A stretch of DNA of 64,000 bases from Candidatus Oxydemutator sp. (GCA_965203445.1 OZ241883.1:1472001-1536000); one strand, 5' to 3'; counted from the first letter of the stretch, positions 54,397 through 63,313 are shown. The notes: a model not told the origin generated them from the sequence alone. Program-made: numbers and translations.

Positions 54397-55679
54397 CGTC
54401 GCCCGTCGCCCGCCCCGTCGTCTGCCCCGTCGTCTGCCGATGGGCCGCGCGCTCGGCCGTGAGATCGGCCATGCTTGGGGCCGTGCTTGCGGCCGTGCTT
54501 GCGTGCTCGCTCGCCGCGTTGCCGGGCGCGAACCTTGCGCGCGCGCAGGCGCACGTCGTGCACGAGGAGCAGACGTTCAGCGCGGACGGTTCTTCGTGGG
54601 TCTTGTCGGTGCCGGCCGGCTACCGCCTCGAATGGGTCGCCGAGATGGATCGTCCGCGCATGTTGACGCGCGCCGCGGACGGCGCGTTGCTGGCGGGTTC
54701 GGCGTCGCAATACGTCTATCGGCTGGAGCCGCCGTACGACGGGGCCCGGGTGCTGGCCGAGGTCAGCGGTTTTGCGCACGGGGTCGCGGTGCGCGGCGAC
54801 GATCTGTGGGTCGCCGCGAGCAACGGACTCTACCGCGCGCCGTACAACCCCGGCGCGCGCCCGGGCAAACTGTCCAGGAAGGATTTCCAAAAAGTCATGC
54901 CGCTGCCGACCGGCGGCCACCCAAGCCGCACCGTCGCCGTCGGCCCGGATGCGAGGCTCTACCTGAGCCTTGGCATCAGCGGCAATTGCAGCGACGAATA
55001 CTTAGGCCCGGGCTATGATTTCGACGACTACCGCGGCGGCGTGCTGGTGCTGATCGAGGACGCGGGTGCTACGCGCTGGCGCGTGTACGCGTCGGGCCTG
55101 CGCAACCCGGTGGGCTTCGACTGGCATCCGGACACGGGCGTGCTCTACGCCTCCAACCACGGCCCCGACCATCACGGCTACGAGTTGCCGCCGGAGTATT
55201 TCAGCCGCCTCGACGCCGGGTCGTTTCACGGCATGCCGTGGTTCCAGTTCGACGGGCGCGCGATAGAGGCGGACGACTGCATAGCCGGAAAACCGCCGCG
55301 CACCGACGCGGTGCCTCCGGTGGCCACGTTTCCCGCGCGCAACGGGCCGATGGGCGTCGCTTTCGTGCCGCGCGGCGGCGATGCGATGGATGCGGCGTGG
55401 GCCGGCGACGCCGTGGTCGCGCTGCATGGTTCGTGGGCGACCAGGCCGCACGGCGGCTGGATCGGCCCCAGGGCCAGCCGCAGGCCGCCGTGGCTCGCGC
55501 TGGTGCGCTTTGAAGACGGCCGCGCGGAGCGCGTCGAACCGCTGATCGAAGGTTTTCAGAATGCTTCCGGCGCCCGCCTGGCCAGGCCCGTCGGTATCGT
55601 TTTCGGTGCCGACGGCGCGCTCTATTTCAGCAGCGACGGCGGCGCCGTCGAGGGCCTGTTCCGGCTTGCGAAGAAGTAG
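54393..55679 (+). CDS. PQQ-dependent sugar/sorbosone dehydrogenase family beta-propeller
   Basis: GPD.RLY.SLG...NC, YASGLRNPVG..WHP, ALHGSW and RPVGI...DGALY.S.D; start codon uncertain. Confidence 0.82.
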   Translation: MTSPVARPVVCPVVCRWAARSAVRSAMLGAVLAAVLACSLAALPGANLARAQAHVVHEEQTFSADGSSWVLSVPAGYRLEWVAEMDRPRMLTRAADGALLAGSASQYVYRLEPPYDGARVLAEVSGFAHGVAVRGDDLWVAASNGLYRAPYNPGARPGKLSRKDFQKVMPLPTGGHPSRTVAVGPDARLYLSLGISGNCSDEYLGPGYDFDDYRGGVLVLIEDAGATRWRVYASGLRNPVGFDWHPDTGVLYASNHGPDHHGYELPPEYFSRLDAGSFHGMPWFQFDGRAIEADDCIAGKPPRTDAVPPVATFPARNGPMGVAFVPRGGDAMDAAWAGDAVVALHGSWATRPHGGWIGPRASRRPPWLALVRFEDGRAERVEPLIEGFQNASGARLARPVGIVFGADGALYFSSDGGAVEGLFRLAKK

Positions 55680-55685
55680 GCGTCA

Positions 55686-55794
55686 CCCTCTCCCATGGGG
55701 GAGAAGGTTTGTCAAGGCGTTGAAACGGGGCATGCGCCACCCGCTCCCTCTGGGAGAGGGTTGGGGTGAGGGCCGCACATCCCTCACCCCAGCC
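55686..55794. repeat. CCCTCTCCC...GGGAGAGGG-type REP-like palindromes
   Basis: ccctctcccatgggggagaagg at 55686-55707; cccgctccctctgggagagggttggggtgaggg...ccctcacccc at 55740-55790; between convergent genes. Confidence 0.7.
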
Positions 55795-55798
55795 TGGT

Positions 55799-56842
55799 TC
55801 AGCTTGCCAGCAGGTCGCCGAGGATCGCGTTCATGCGCTTGAAGTCATCCTCGAACAGGCCGAGCGTCGTGAAGTGGCCCCACGGACTGTCGAGCACTTC
55901 GAGCTTGCTGCCCGGCACCATTTCCTGTTCGGCGCGGCAGTCGCGCAGCGGCACGAACATGTCCTCGGAAAACGCGATCACGGTCGTCCTGGCCTGGATC
56001 TTCGACAGCGCCTGGCGCAGATCGCCGCCGGCCAACGCGCCGACGTCGCCGTTTTTCCATTTGTCGGCCATGCACAGCAGCGCGTTCGGATCCATCGGCA
56101 GGAACCATTTTTCCCAGAAGCCGGAAAGAAAGTCGTCGACCGACGCAACGTCTATGCGCCGCCACAATTCCTGCTTGTAGAACTCGGTGCACACGCCCAT
56201 CAGCGCGAACACGCGCGCCAGGCGGCGCAGCCCGGTCTCGACCGCGTGCGCCTCGGTGTATTCGCCGCCGTTCCACGCCGGATCGGACTTCAGCGCGTCG
56301 CAGAAGGTGTCCACGTAGAGCGCGTCGTGCGGCGTGCACCGCGCGGTGCCGGCAATCGGCGCGGCGCGGCGCACCACGTCGGGATAGCGCGCCGCCCATT
56401 CGTAGGTCTGCTGCGCGCCCATGGACCAGCCGAGCACCAGTTGCAGTTCGCTTATGCCGAAATGCTCGGTCATCAGGCGGTGTTGGGCGCGCACGTCGTC
56501 GGCAACGTCGAGCGCCGGAAACGACGACATGCCGTGCGGCGCCGGCGTGTTGTGCGGCGAGCTCGAAAGGCCGTTGCCCAGCTGATTCGGAAAGACGATG
56601 AAATAGCGCGACGGATCGAGCGCCAGTCCCTCGCCGACGTAGTGCGCGAGGCTGCCGCTGGTGCCGGAGAACATGATCGGAAACAGGATCGCGTTGTCCT
56701 TGGCCGCGTTCAGTTCACCGTGCGTCGCGTAGGCCAGTTTGCAGTCGGGCAGCGAACCGCCGCGCTGCAACGGAAAATCGCCAAGCGCGAAGGTCTCGAA
56801 CGCGCCGTGGTTGGCGACGCTGTAAAAATCGTTGTCTAACAT
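55799..56842 (-). CDS. Homoserine O-acetyltransferase-like alpha/beta hydrolase
   Basis: LAYATHG.LN..KDNAIL, GNGLSSSP, GWSMGAQQ, D.FVP and WGH; AGGAGG RBS. Confidence 0.85.
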   Translation of the reverse strand: MLDNDFYSVANHGAFETFALGDFPLQRGGSLPDCKLAYATHGELNAAKDNAILFPIMFSGTSGSLAHYVGEGLALDPSRYFIVFPNQLGNGLSSSPHNTPAPHGMSSFPALDVADDVRAQHRLMTEHFGISELQLVLGWSMGAQQTYEWAARYPDVVRRAAPIAGTARCTPHDALYVDTFCDALKSDPAWNGGEYTEAHAVETGLRRLARVFALMGVCTEFYKQELWRRIDVASVDDFLSGFWEKWFLPMDPNALLCMADKWKNGDVGALAGGDLRQALSKIQARTTVIAFSEDMFVPLRDCRAEQEMVPGSKLEVLDSPWGHFTTLGLFEDDFKRMNAILGDLLAS

Positions 56843-56864
56843 GGTTTCCTCCTTTGTCAGAGAC

Positions 56865-56885
56865 TGGTATACATCAAGTATATCA
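56865..56885. promoter_or_regulatory. Palindromic operator upstream of the hydrolase (GntR-like)
   Basis: TGGTATAC-atcaa-GTATATCA near-perfect inverted repeat. Confidence 0.55.
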
Positions 56886-56932
56886 TTGCGCCCGAACCCT
56901 TAATGTAACCCCCGCTTCAACGCCATAACAAA

Positions 56933-56953
56933 CCCTCTCCCCCTAGGAGAGGG
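56933..56953. repeat. REP-like hairpin
   Basis: ccctctccccctaggagaggg, identical to 43880-43900. Confidence 0.8.
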
Positions 56954-56957
56954 TGAC

Positions 56958-57854
56958 TCAGATCTCGTCTAATATGTCGCGTACTTTGTCGCGGTAATCC
57001 TTCTCCGAGATCAGGCCGTCGCGGCGCAGTTTTTTCAGGCGCCTAAGGCGATCCTCAAGGGGGCGCTCCCCGAGCGAGCGTTCGGCCGCGCGCGCGGCGC
57101 GCGCGCGCGGCGTCGCCGGCGCCTCCAACGCTTCGCTCATCGCGATGTCGGGGTCTATCACAATCCAGTCGGCGCGCTTCTTGCCGCCGCGCGTCCTCGC
57201 GTAGCGCACGCCCTGCGTCAGCGCTACGCGATAGTCGGAGCGGGCGATTGCGCCGCGCGCGGCCTGCGCAGGCGGATTGACGACGCCGGTTTTGCGCCCC
57301 ATCACCATGCGTTTGACGATGCCCTTGTGGACGGGGCCGAAGATGACGTGCAGCAGCCCGTTGTTCCAGAACACGCGCCCGGTGGTATGCACCGGTTGGC
57401 TGATGAAACCGATCAGCGAGGCGTTGTCGCGGATTTGAAAGACCGCGTCCTGGTGCGGTTTTGCGTTGCGCAGCGCAATCGCCAGCGCGTTGGCCAGGCG
57501 GCTCGCCGCGGCTTGTGAAAACAGCGGGATCGCGTCGCTCAATTCGGCCGCGGCCACGACGTCGCTTTTCGTTCTCTTTGCCGGCGTCGCCATCAGGCCG
57601 GCTATGATAGCGGTCAGCGTTTGCGGTGCGATCCTGACCGGGTGGTCGTTGCGCGCGCCGCGCGCGCCGTCGCGCGCAACCAGGCGCACGTATTCGTCGT
57701 TGTTCTCCCAGATGGTACGGGTCGCCGGCGCGGCCTGGGTCTGGGCCGGTGTCGCCAGCACCAACGCCGCCGCCAGCGGCAACGCGAACCATAGTTGTCT
57801 ATGGGGGCGGGCGTGGGGCCGGACGTGGGGTCGGGGGTGAGACCGCGTGCTCAT
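56958..57854 (-). CDS. Exported protein with C-terminal SHOCT domain
   Basis: Signal peptide, NDHPV.I, RVF...GLLHVIFG; C-terminal EDRLRRLKKL..DGLISEKDY..K...IL. Confidence 0.75.
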   Translation of the reverse strand: MSTRSHPRPHVRPHARPHRQLWFALPLAAALVLATPAQTQAAPATRTIWENNDEYVRLVARDGARGARNDHPVRIAPQTLTAIIAGLMATPAKRTKSDVVAAAELSDAIPLFSQAAASRLANALAIALRNAKPHQDAVFQIRDNASLIGFISQPVHTTGRVFWNNGLLHVIFGPVHKGIVKRMVMGRKTGVVNPPAQAARGAIARSDYRVALTQGVRYARTRGGKKRADWIVIDPDIAMSEALEAPATPRARAARAAERSLGERPLEDRLRRLKKLRRDGLISEKDYRDKVRDILDEI

Positions 57855-57898
57855 GCCCGCCATTCTAAGGCATCGGGCGGGGCACCGGGCGCAATCGC

Positions 57899-57931
57899 AA
57901 AAAAGGCGGGTGGTTTGCACCACCCGCCTTT
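57899..57931 (-). terminator. Rho-independent terminator of the porin gene
   Basis: aaaggcgggtggt-ttgc-accacccgccttt with an A run on the left (U tract on the - strand). Confidence 0.8.
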
Positions 57932-57960
57932 CGATTTGCCAAATGTCGTGAAGGAGAAAA

Positions 57961-59331
57961 TCAGAAGAACATGATCGCGCCGAAGGCGATCACTTCCTCG
58001 TCCGAGTCGTTGCCGTTGTGCGCCTCGGCCTCGGTCTCGGTGTACTCGAGCACCAGGTTCAGCGCCTCGCCGACTGGATGGTAGAGGCCGACGACCACGG
58101 ATTCGTTGGAATCGAGAATATCGTAGTTCGCCCTATCATCCGCAAGCCGCGCCTGGTCGTAACTGCTGTCGTCCAGGTTGCTTTCGCCGTAACTCAGGCC
58201 GAGTACCGTACCGGTCGGCATCTTATAACGCCCTTGCAGGTACCAGCCGTCCGAATCGCGCTCGTCCCCGGTCACGTCAAAGCCATCCCACAGAAAACCG
58301 GTCGTGCCGATGCCTTCGCCGTCGTAGTAATAGCCGACCAGATCGAAGCCGTGATACGCGAACTTGAAACCGACGTCAAAACCAGTGGCCTCGCCGCTGT
58401 CGTCGCCTGCAAAAGTAGCTCCACCCACGATTTGGTTATCGGGCGCTGCTCTAAAGTCCACTTCCTGGAGGATGTAACTCGCCCACAGCAAACCGGACGT
58501 GCCGGCACCGTTGTCGAACGCATAGTTGACTTTGGCCTCGACGCCGAAGTTGTCGCCATGTTGGGCGCCGGTGGCGCTGTAGGCAATGTCATCATCTGTG
58601 TTGTTTGGGGTGTCGTTGTTATACGAACCCGTATTAGGCGGACTGCCCGCCCCCCAGGTATCCACCAGCGCGGCGGTCAACGTAAGGCCGCCCATGTTCG
58701 GCGACGTGTATTGCAGCTGGGACTTCCAGTCGGCGTACAGATAGCCGACGCCGATGCGCCCGAGCGTCGTGTTGCCGCCTTTCGACGCCAGATCGGACAC
58801 CGTGCCGACGCCGAGCAGCGTCATGTCGTTCAAAATCGCGTCGCTCGCGAACACGCCGAGATCGCGACCGATCTTGAACGTGCCCATGCTGTCGGTGCCG
58901 AACGTCAGAAACACCTGCCGGAAGTTCGAGGAGTTCAGACCCAACGCCCCGTCGTTTCCGCCGAAGTTGCTGCTGCTGTCAACACCGGGCTGGAAACTGA
59001 CGTGCACGCCGGTCCTGATGCCACCGGGGGCATCGGTTGCGGCACTCATGTTGAACCAGGACGGCAGCAGGCCGGTCTGAATGTTGTGGTGGTCGCTGTC
59101 TTTGCCGTCCGAACCGCACGCGAGGCCGCCGGCGACCTTATCCCTGTCAGGGTTAGTGCCGCCGGGATCGCAGTCTATCGCGGTGACAAACGCATTGACG
59201 TTGCCGCTGAAGTCCACTTCCCAGGCACCCATGCGCATCATGGACAGACCCTCGAAAGCGGCGAACACCGGCGCGGTCGTCAGCATGCCGCCGAGCACGA
59301 CGGCCGCTGCAATACTTTTTGAGTGTTTCAT
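57961..59331 (-). CDS. Outer membrane porin
   Basis: Signal peptide, RQVFLTFG...GTFKIGRD.G.F, alternating beta-strand pattern, C-terminal Phe; GAGGAG RBS. Confidence 0.88.
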   Translation of the reverse strand: MKHSKSIAAAVVLGGMLTTAPVFAAFEGLSMMRMGAWEVDFSGNVNAFVTAIDCDPGGTNPDRDKVAGGLACGSDGKDSDHHNIQTGLLPSWFNMSAATDAPGGIRTGVHVSFQPGVDSSSNFGGNDGALGLNSSNFRQVFLTFGTDSMGTFKIGRDLGVFASDAILNDMTLLGVGTVSDLASKGGNTTLGRIGVGYLYADWKSQLQYTSPNMGGLTLTAALVDTWGAGSPPNTGSYNNDTPNNTDDDIAYSATGAQHGDNFGVEAKVNYAFDNGAGTSGLLWASYILQEVDFRAAPDNQIVGGATFAGDDSGEATGFDVGFKFAYHGFDLVGYYYDGEGIGTTGFLWDGFDVTGDERDSDGWYLQGRYKMPTGTVLGLSYGESNLDDSSYDQARLADDRANYDILDSNESVVVGLYHPVGEALNLVLEYTETEAEAHNGNDSDEEVIAFGAIMFF

Positions 59332-59491
59332 GAGTTTCTCCTCATAAGCTATCTGGTAAATCAAGTTCGGGTTCCCCAAACTATGGCCGCCAATTATATA
59401 TGCAACGATTCATATTGCAATTTTTTGGTGTTTTTTCGGCATCGCCACCGCCTGATATGTAAGATACTGATATTGCATGGGAAAACGCTTC

Positions 59492-60256
59492 TCAGCCGAG
59501 TATTTCCGGAAACTTGCCGACAATTTCCCGATGCAGACGCTCGATTTCCGTGGCCTCGCGCCCCCGTTTTGGAAGCGCCGCCGCCAGCGGCAGGTCGGCC
59601 ACCAGCGTCGTCGGACGCCCCGAGAGAATCAACAGACGGTCGCCCAGAAACAGCGCCTCGCGCAGATTGTGCGTTACGAACAACACCGCGCGCGGCGTTT
59701 CTTCAAGTTGCGACAACAGCAGTTTGCGCAGGCGCGTCGCGGTGCGTTCATCAATCGAGGCGAACGGTTCGTCGAGCAGCAACAGCGGCGCCGCCACGGC
59801 GAAGCCGCGCGCCAGCGCCGCACGCCGCGACATGCCGAGCGACAGCGTCTGCGGGTAGGCGTCGGCGGCGTCGCTCAGGTTCATTTTCTCGAGCAGCCAC
59901 GCGATGCGCTCGTCGGCGCGCACGCCCGCCGGCAACGCCAGGCGAACGTTTTCGCGCACCGTGCGCCACGGCAGCAGGCACGGTTCCTGAAACACGTACG
60001 ACAGCGGCAGTTCGTCGTCGCCTCGCCGCGGGCGCGCGACTTCGCCGTCGAAGTCGTCGTCGAGGCCGGCGATCAGGTTCAGCAACGTGGTCTTGCCGCA
60101 GCCGGACGGCCCGGTCAGCGTCACCAGCTCGCGTTCGCCGAGCGCAAACCGCACGTCGCGCAAAACCCGCGTCGCCTGGCCGTCGTGGCGCGCGAAACTT
60201 TTGTCGTGAACGGCGACGCGCAACGCGACCGCCGCCGGCAGCGGCGTCGCGCTCAC
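59492..60256 (-). CDS. NitT/TauT-type ABC ATP-binding protein
   Basis: GPSGCGKTT, VFQEP.LLPW, LSLGMSRR and LDEPF. Confidence 0.9.
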   Translation of the reverse strand: MSATPLPAAVALRVAVHDKSFARHDGQATRVLRDVRFALGERELVTLTGPSGCGKTTLLNLIAGLDDDFDGEVARPRRGDDELPLSYVFQEPCLLPWRTVRENVRLALPAGVRADERIAWLLEKMNLSDAADAYPQTLSLGMSRRAALARGFAVAAPLLLLDEPFASIDERTATRLRKLLLSQLEETPRAVLFVTHNLREALFLGDRLLILSGRPTTLVADLPLAAALPKRGREATEIERLHREIVGKFPEILG

Positions 60257-61011
60257 GGTTTGCGCCAGCGGTTGACGTAGGCCTCGAACGGCTGCAACAG
60301 CGTCAGCTCGACGATCTGCATGATGATGATAAAGGTCAGCCCCCAGGCCATGATGGCCGCGACGTCGAACAGCTGGAAATACAGGTGCAGTTGAAAACCG
60401 ACGCCGTTGCCGCGCCCGAGCAGTTCGACCACGAGCACGATTTTCCAGATCAGCGCTATGCCCGAGCGCGTCGCGGCCGCGATGTACGGCGCCAGTTCGG
60501 GCACGATGACGTGGCGCAGCCTCTTCCACCAGCCGAAGCGGAACACCGTGGCCATCTGTTGCAGGCCGCGATCGGTCGCGCGCGCTCCTTCGCGTATCGT
60601 GACGACGACGTTCGGTATCTTGTTGACGGCGACTGCGGCGATGGCCGCGATTTCGGTCAGCCCCATCCAGATATAGGCGAGGATGATCACGACCAGCGCC
60701 GGCAGATTCAGAAAGAACAACAGCCATGGATCGAAGATCGCGTCGACCTTGCGAAAGCCGCCCATCAGAAAACCGATGGTGATGCCGGCGACCATCGAGA
60801 TCGTGAAGCTGGCGACGACGCGCCACAACGTGACGCCGGTATGAAAGAACAACTCGCCGGTGGCGGCCTCGGCGGCGATGACGCCGGCGACGCTGGCCGG
60901 CGACGGCAGCGTATCCTCGCCGGCGAGCCGCGAACCGAACCACCACAGCAGGATCAGCACGCCGATGGAAGCGACGGCCGTGAGCGGGAATTTTTTCTTG
61001 GTCGCCGCCAT
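60253..61011 (-). CDS. NitT/TauT-type ABC permease
   Basis: LNLPALV, NKIPNV...REGAR and WKIVLVVELLG...GVGF. Confidence 0.9.
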   Translation of the reverse strand: MAATKKKFPLTAVASIGVLILLWWFGSRLAGEDTLPSPASVAGVIAAEAATGELFFHTGVTLWRVVASFTISMVAGITIGFLMGGFRKVDAIFDPWLLFFLNLPALVVIILAYIWMGLTEIAAIAAVAVNKIPNVVVTIREGARATDRGLQQMATVFRFGWWKRLRHVIVPELAPYIAAATRSGIALIWKIVLVVELLGRGNGVGFQLHLYFQLFDVAAIMAWGLTFIIIMQIVELTLLQPFEAYVNRWRKP

Positions 61012-61021
61012 TCGCGCGCGT

Positions 61022-61981
61022 TCAGAAGCGCACTTCGTTCCAGAAGGTTCCGGGTGCCAGGCGTGCGCCGCCGGTCGCCTTGACGCCGCCGAATTGCGTC
61101 AGCAGTTCCATCAGGCGCGCCGCATCAGTGCGTTCGCGCGCGCCCCAGCGCTTCGGTATCCCTTCGCGGTAGCGCTCGCGCAGCGTCGTGAAAGTGGCGT
61201 CGTCGTCGGCGCGCATCAACGGCCGCAGGCGCCGCCACTCGGCGTCGTCGGCGAGCAGCCTGGCGCGCGCGGCGCGCGCGGCGGCGTTGAAGCGCCGGAC
61301 GATGCCGGCGTTTGCGCGCGCCCAATCCTCGCCGAAGACGTAGCCGACCATCGGCGTCGCGTCGGTGCCGAGTCCGGTGATGACGTCGCCGATCTCGACA
61401 AGCCGCCGGTAGCCGACGGCTTCGAGGCGCGCGCAGTAATGCCAGAAATTCAGCACCGCGTCGAGTTTCCCGCGTTCGATCTGTCCGTTCAGCAGCGGCG
61501 GCGCCGCGTATTGCGCGTCGAACGCGGACAGCGGATCGAAGGCGTGCCGTTTTTGCGCCCACGCGCGCAGCAGCAGCCAGCTTTTGTCGAAGGCGCCGCC
61601 GGCGACGCCGACGCGCAAATCGCGCAAATCGCGCAGGTCGCGCGCGTCGCTTGCGGCGGGCACCATGAGCGCGCCTAGCGCCGACGAGTAGGGGATGAAA
61701 CTGAAGCGTTTGCCGCGCGCGCGTTCGCGTGACACCCACACCCAGTCGGTTACAATCACGTCGACCTCGCCGCTCTGAAACACGACGTGCGCGGCCTGCT
61801 TGCTGGCGAACTCCCGCACCTTCAGGGCGAAGCCCTGCTCGCGGTCGAGGCCATGGTGGCGGACGGTGTCGAGTTCCCAGTTGACGGTGCCGAATTTGAG
61901 CGTGCCGATGCGCACGACGTCGTCGGCCGAGGTCGTCGCGGCCAGCAACAGCAAGGGTAGAAACAGGCTTTTGTAAGACAT
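61022..61981 (-). CDS. ABC substrate-binding protein, PqqT-like (putative PQQ binding)
   Basis: GTLKFGTVNWELD...HGLD, DVIVTDW.WVSR.R, DKSWLLL and APPLL; located in the xox/pqq cluster. Confidence 0.75.
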   Translation of the reverse strand: MSYKSLFLPLLLLAATTSADDVVRIGTLKFGTVNWELDTVRHHGLDREQGFALKVREFASKQAAHVVFQSGEVDVIVTDWVWVSRERARGKRFSFIPYSSALGALMVPAASDARDLRDLRDLRVGVAGGAFDKSWLLLRAWAQKRHAFDPLSAFDAQYAAPPLLNGQIERGKLDAVLNFWHYCARLEAVGYRRLVEIGDVITGLGTDATPMVGYVFGEDWARANAGIVRRFNAAARAARARLLADDAEWRRLRPLMRADDDATFTTLRERYREGIPKRWGARERTDAARLMELLTQFGGVKATGGARLAPGTFWNEVRF

Positions 61982-62067
61982 GTCGGAATTATACGGGGAT
62001 TATATACACGGCTGCACAAAGACTTGACAATAGTTGGGTGAGGACCGTTCCGGCCTCATACACCAGC

Positions 62068-62094
62068 AAGGGAACGCCCCCACGGCGTTCCCGA
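62068..62094. repeat. REP-like palindrome, inverted copy of 43761-43787
   Basis: aagggaacgcccccacggcgttcccga is the exact reverse complement (27 nt). Confidence 0.85.
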
Positions 62095-62122
62095 AAAAAC
62101 CCCTGCTATCATAACCGCTGTC

Positions 62123-62761
62123 ATGACTAGGCCGTATCCACTATCGTCCCGCGTCGGCGCCGCCATCGGCGTGCTGCTTGCCGCGCTCGTCGCGCACGTC
62201 GCGGCGCAACCGCGGCACGCCGCGCCCGAGGGTTGGCCGTGCGTGCAGAGTTACGTGCCGAGTGTTTCGGCCGGCAGATTCTGGCAGGGGGAACTGCCGC
62301 GGGAGGAACGCTGGCGCGACGACGCGCGCGTAACGCGCCTCGCCGACGAGTTGCTGAGTCGCGCGTCGGGGCTGGAGGAGAGCCTCGACAAAGTCCGACA
62401 ATTCTTCGCGGCACCGGAAAACGCGACGCGCGCCACGGCCGAGCTGCTGGTCGGTGCGCTGACCGCGGCCGTGAACCGCGAGCGCGGCAGGGTGCTAGAC
62501 GGCATCGGGCGTTTCGGCGCGCGTCAGCGGATGCTGGTCAAGCGCATAGAAAGTCAGGCCAAAAGCATCGAGAAACTGCAAGACGCCGGCGGCGACGCGG
62601 TCGAATTGGAGGACCTGCAGACGCGGCAGCGGTGGGACATCCGCGTGTTCGAGGAGCGCGAGCGCATGGCCGACCATCTGTGCGAGCAGCCGGTGTTATT
62701 AGAGCAGCGGTTTTTTGCGATCGGGCGCGTCGTCGCGTCGCTGTTCGCGCCCGGCGACTGA
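62123..62761 (+). CDS. Exported helical protein of xox/lanthanide-associated clusters
   Basis: Signal peptide; WPCVQ..VP, N.ER..V..GI.RF and W..RVFEER......CE.PV..EQR motifs. Confidence 0.72.
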   Translation: MTRPYPLSSRVGAAIGVLLAALVAHVAAQPRHAAPEGWPCVQSYVPSVSAGRFWQGELPREERWRDDARVTRLADELLSRASGLEESLDKVRQFFAAPENATRATAELLVGALTAAVNRERGRVLDGIGRFGARQRMLVKRIESQAKSIEKLQDAGGDAVELEDLQTRQRWDIRVFEERERMADHLCEQPVLLEQRFFAIGRVVASLFAPGD

Positions 62762-62773
62762 GCGCTCTCCCCG

Positions 62774-63250
62774 TTAATTTCTTGCGGCGCGCGCCTCGAC
62801 CTTGCCGGCCGGGCAACGCACGTTCTCGTAGTTGATCAATACGCTGTTGAAAGACGGCGTGGGCGTGCGCACGCGGTGGTGGCGCAGCCACGCGTACTGG
62901 ATGTCGTAGGCCTGCAACTCGCGCGCCTTCCACGTCAGGCAGTCGTTGACCATCTTCAGCGCCTGGAACCGATCCTGGGCATAGTGGACGAGTTCGTGCA
63001 GCAGCACGCTGCGCGCGTGCAGATCGTTGACGAAGTCCTGGTTGTCGGACATATAGACGATTTTGTCGACGTTGGAAAACCAGCCGTAGACGTCGCATTC
63101 CCGATTGCCACAGGCCTTTTGCGCCAGCTCGCGCTGCGGCAGGACGCGGATTTCGGGCGCCGGCAGCTCGATGCCGACGGTGCCGGTCATGGACTGGATG
63201 AACAGCATCAGCGCGCCGACGATCTGGTTTTGCGCCGCGACTAGTTCCAC
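62774..63250 (-). CDS. Hypothetical protein with HExxH motif (DUF6647-like)
   Basis: SVLLHELVHYAQ, downstream E.QAY..Q, four Cys. Confidence 0.7.
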   Translation of the reverse strand: MELVAAQNQIVGALMLFIQSMTGTVGIELPAPEIRVLPQRELAQKACGNRECDVYGWFSNVDKIVYMSDNQDFVNDLHARSVLLHELVHYAQDRFQALKMVNDCLTWKARELQAYDIQYAWLRHHRVRTPTPSFNSVLINYENVRCPAGKVEARAARN

Positions 63251-63313
63251 GGTGGCCTCGCGGTTTTCAGGAGCCCCTCGCGTCCGGGTGCACGCTCCGG
63301 TGGATGCCGAAGT

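Noticed and set aside
55799-56842. Assignment as metX
   Set aside because: Lacks the HALTG motif and any methionine-pathway context
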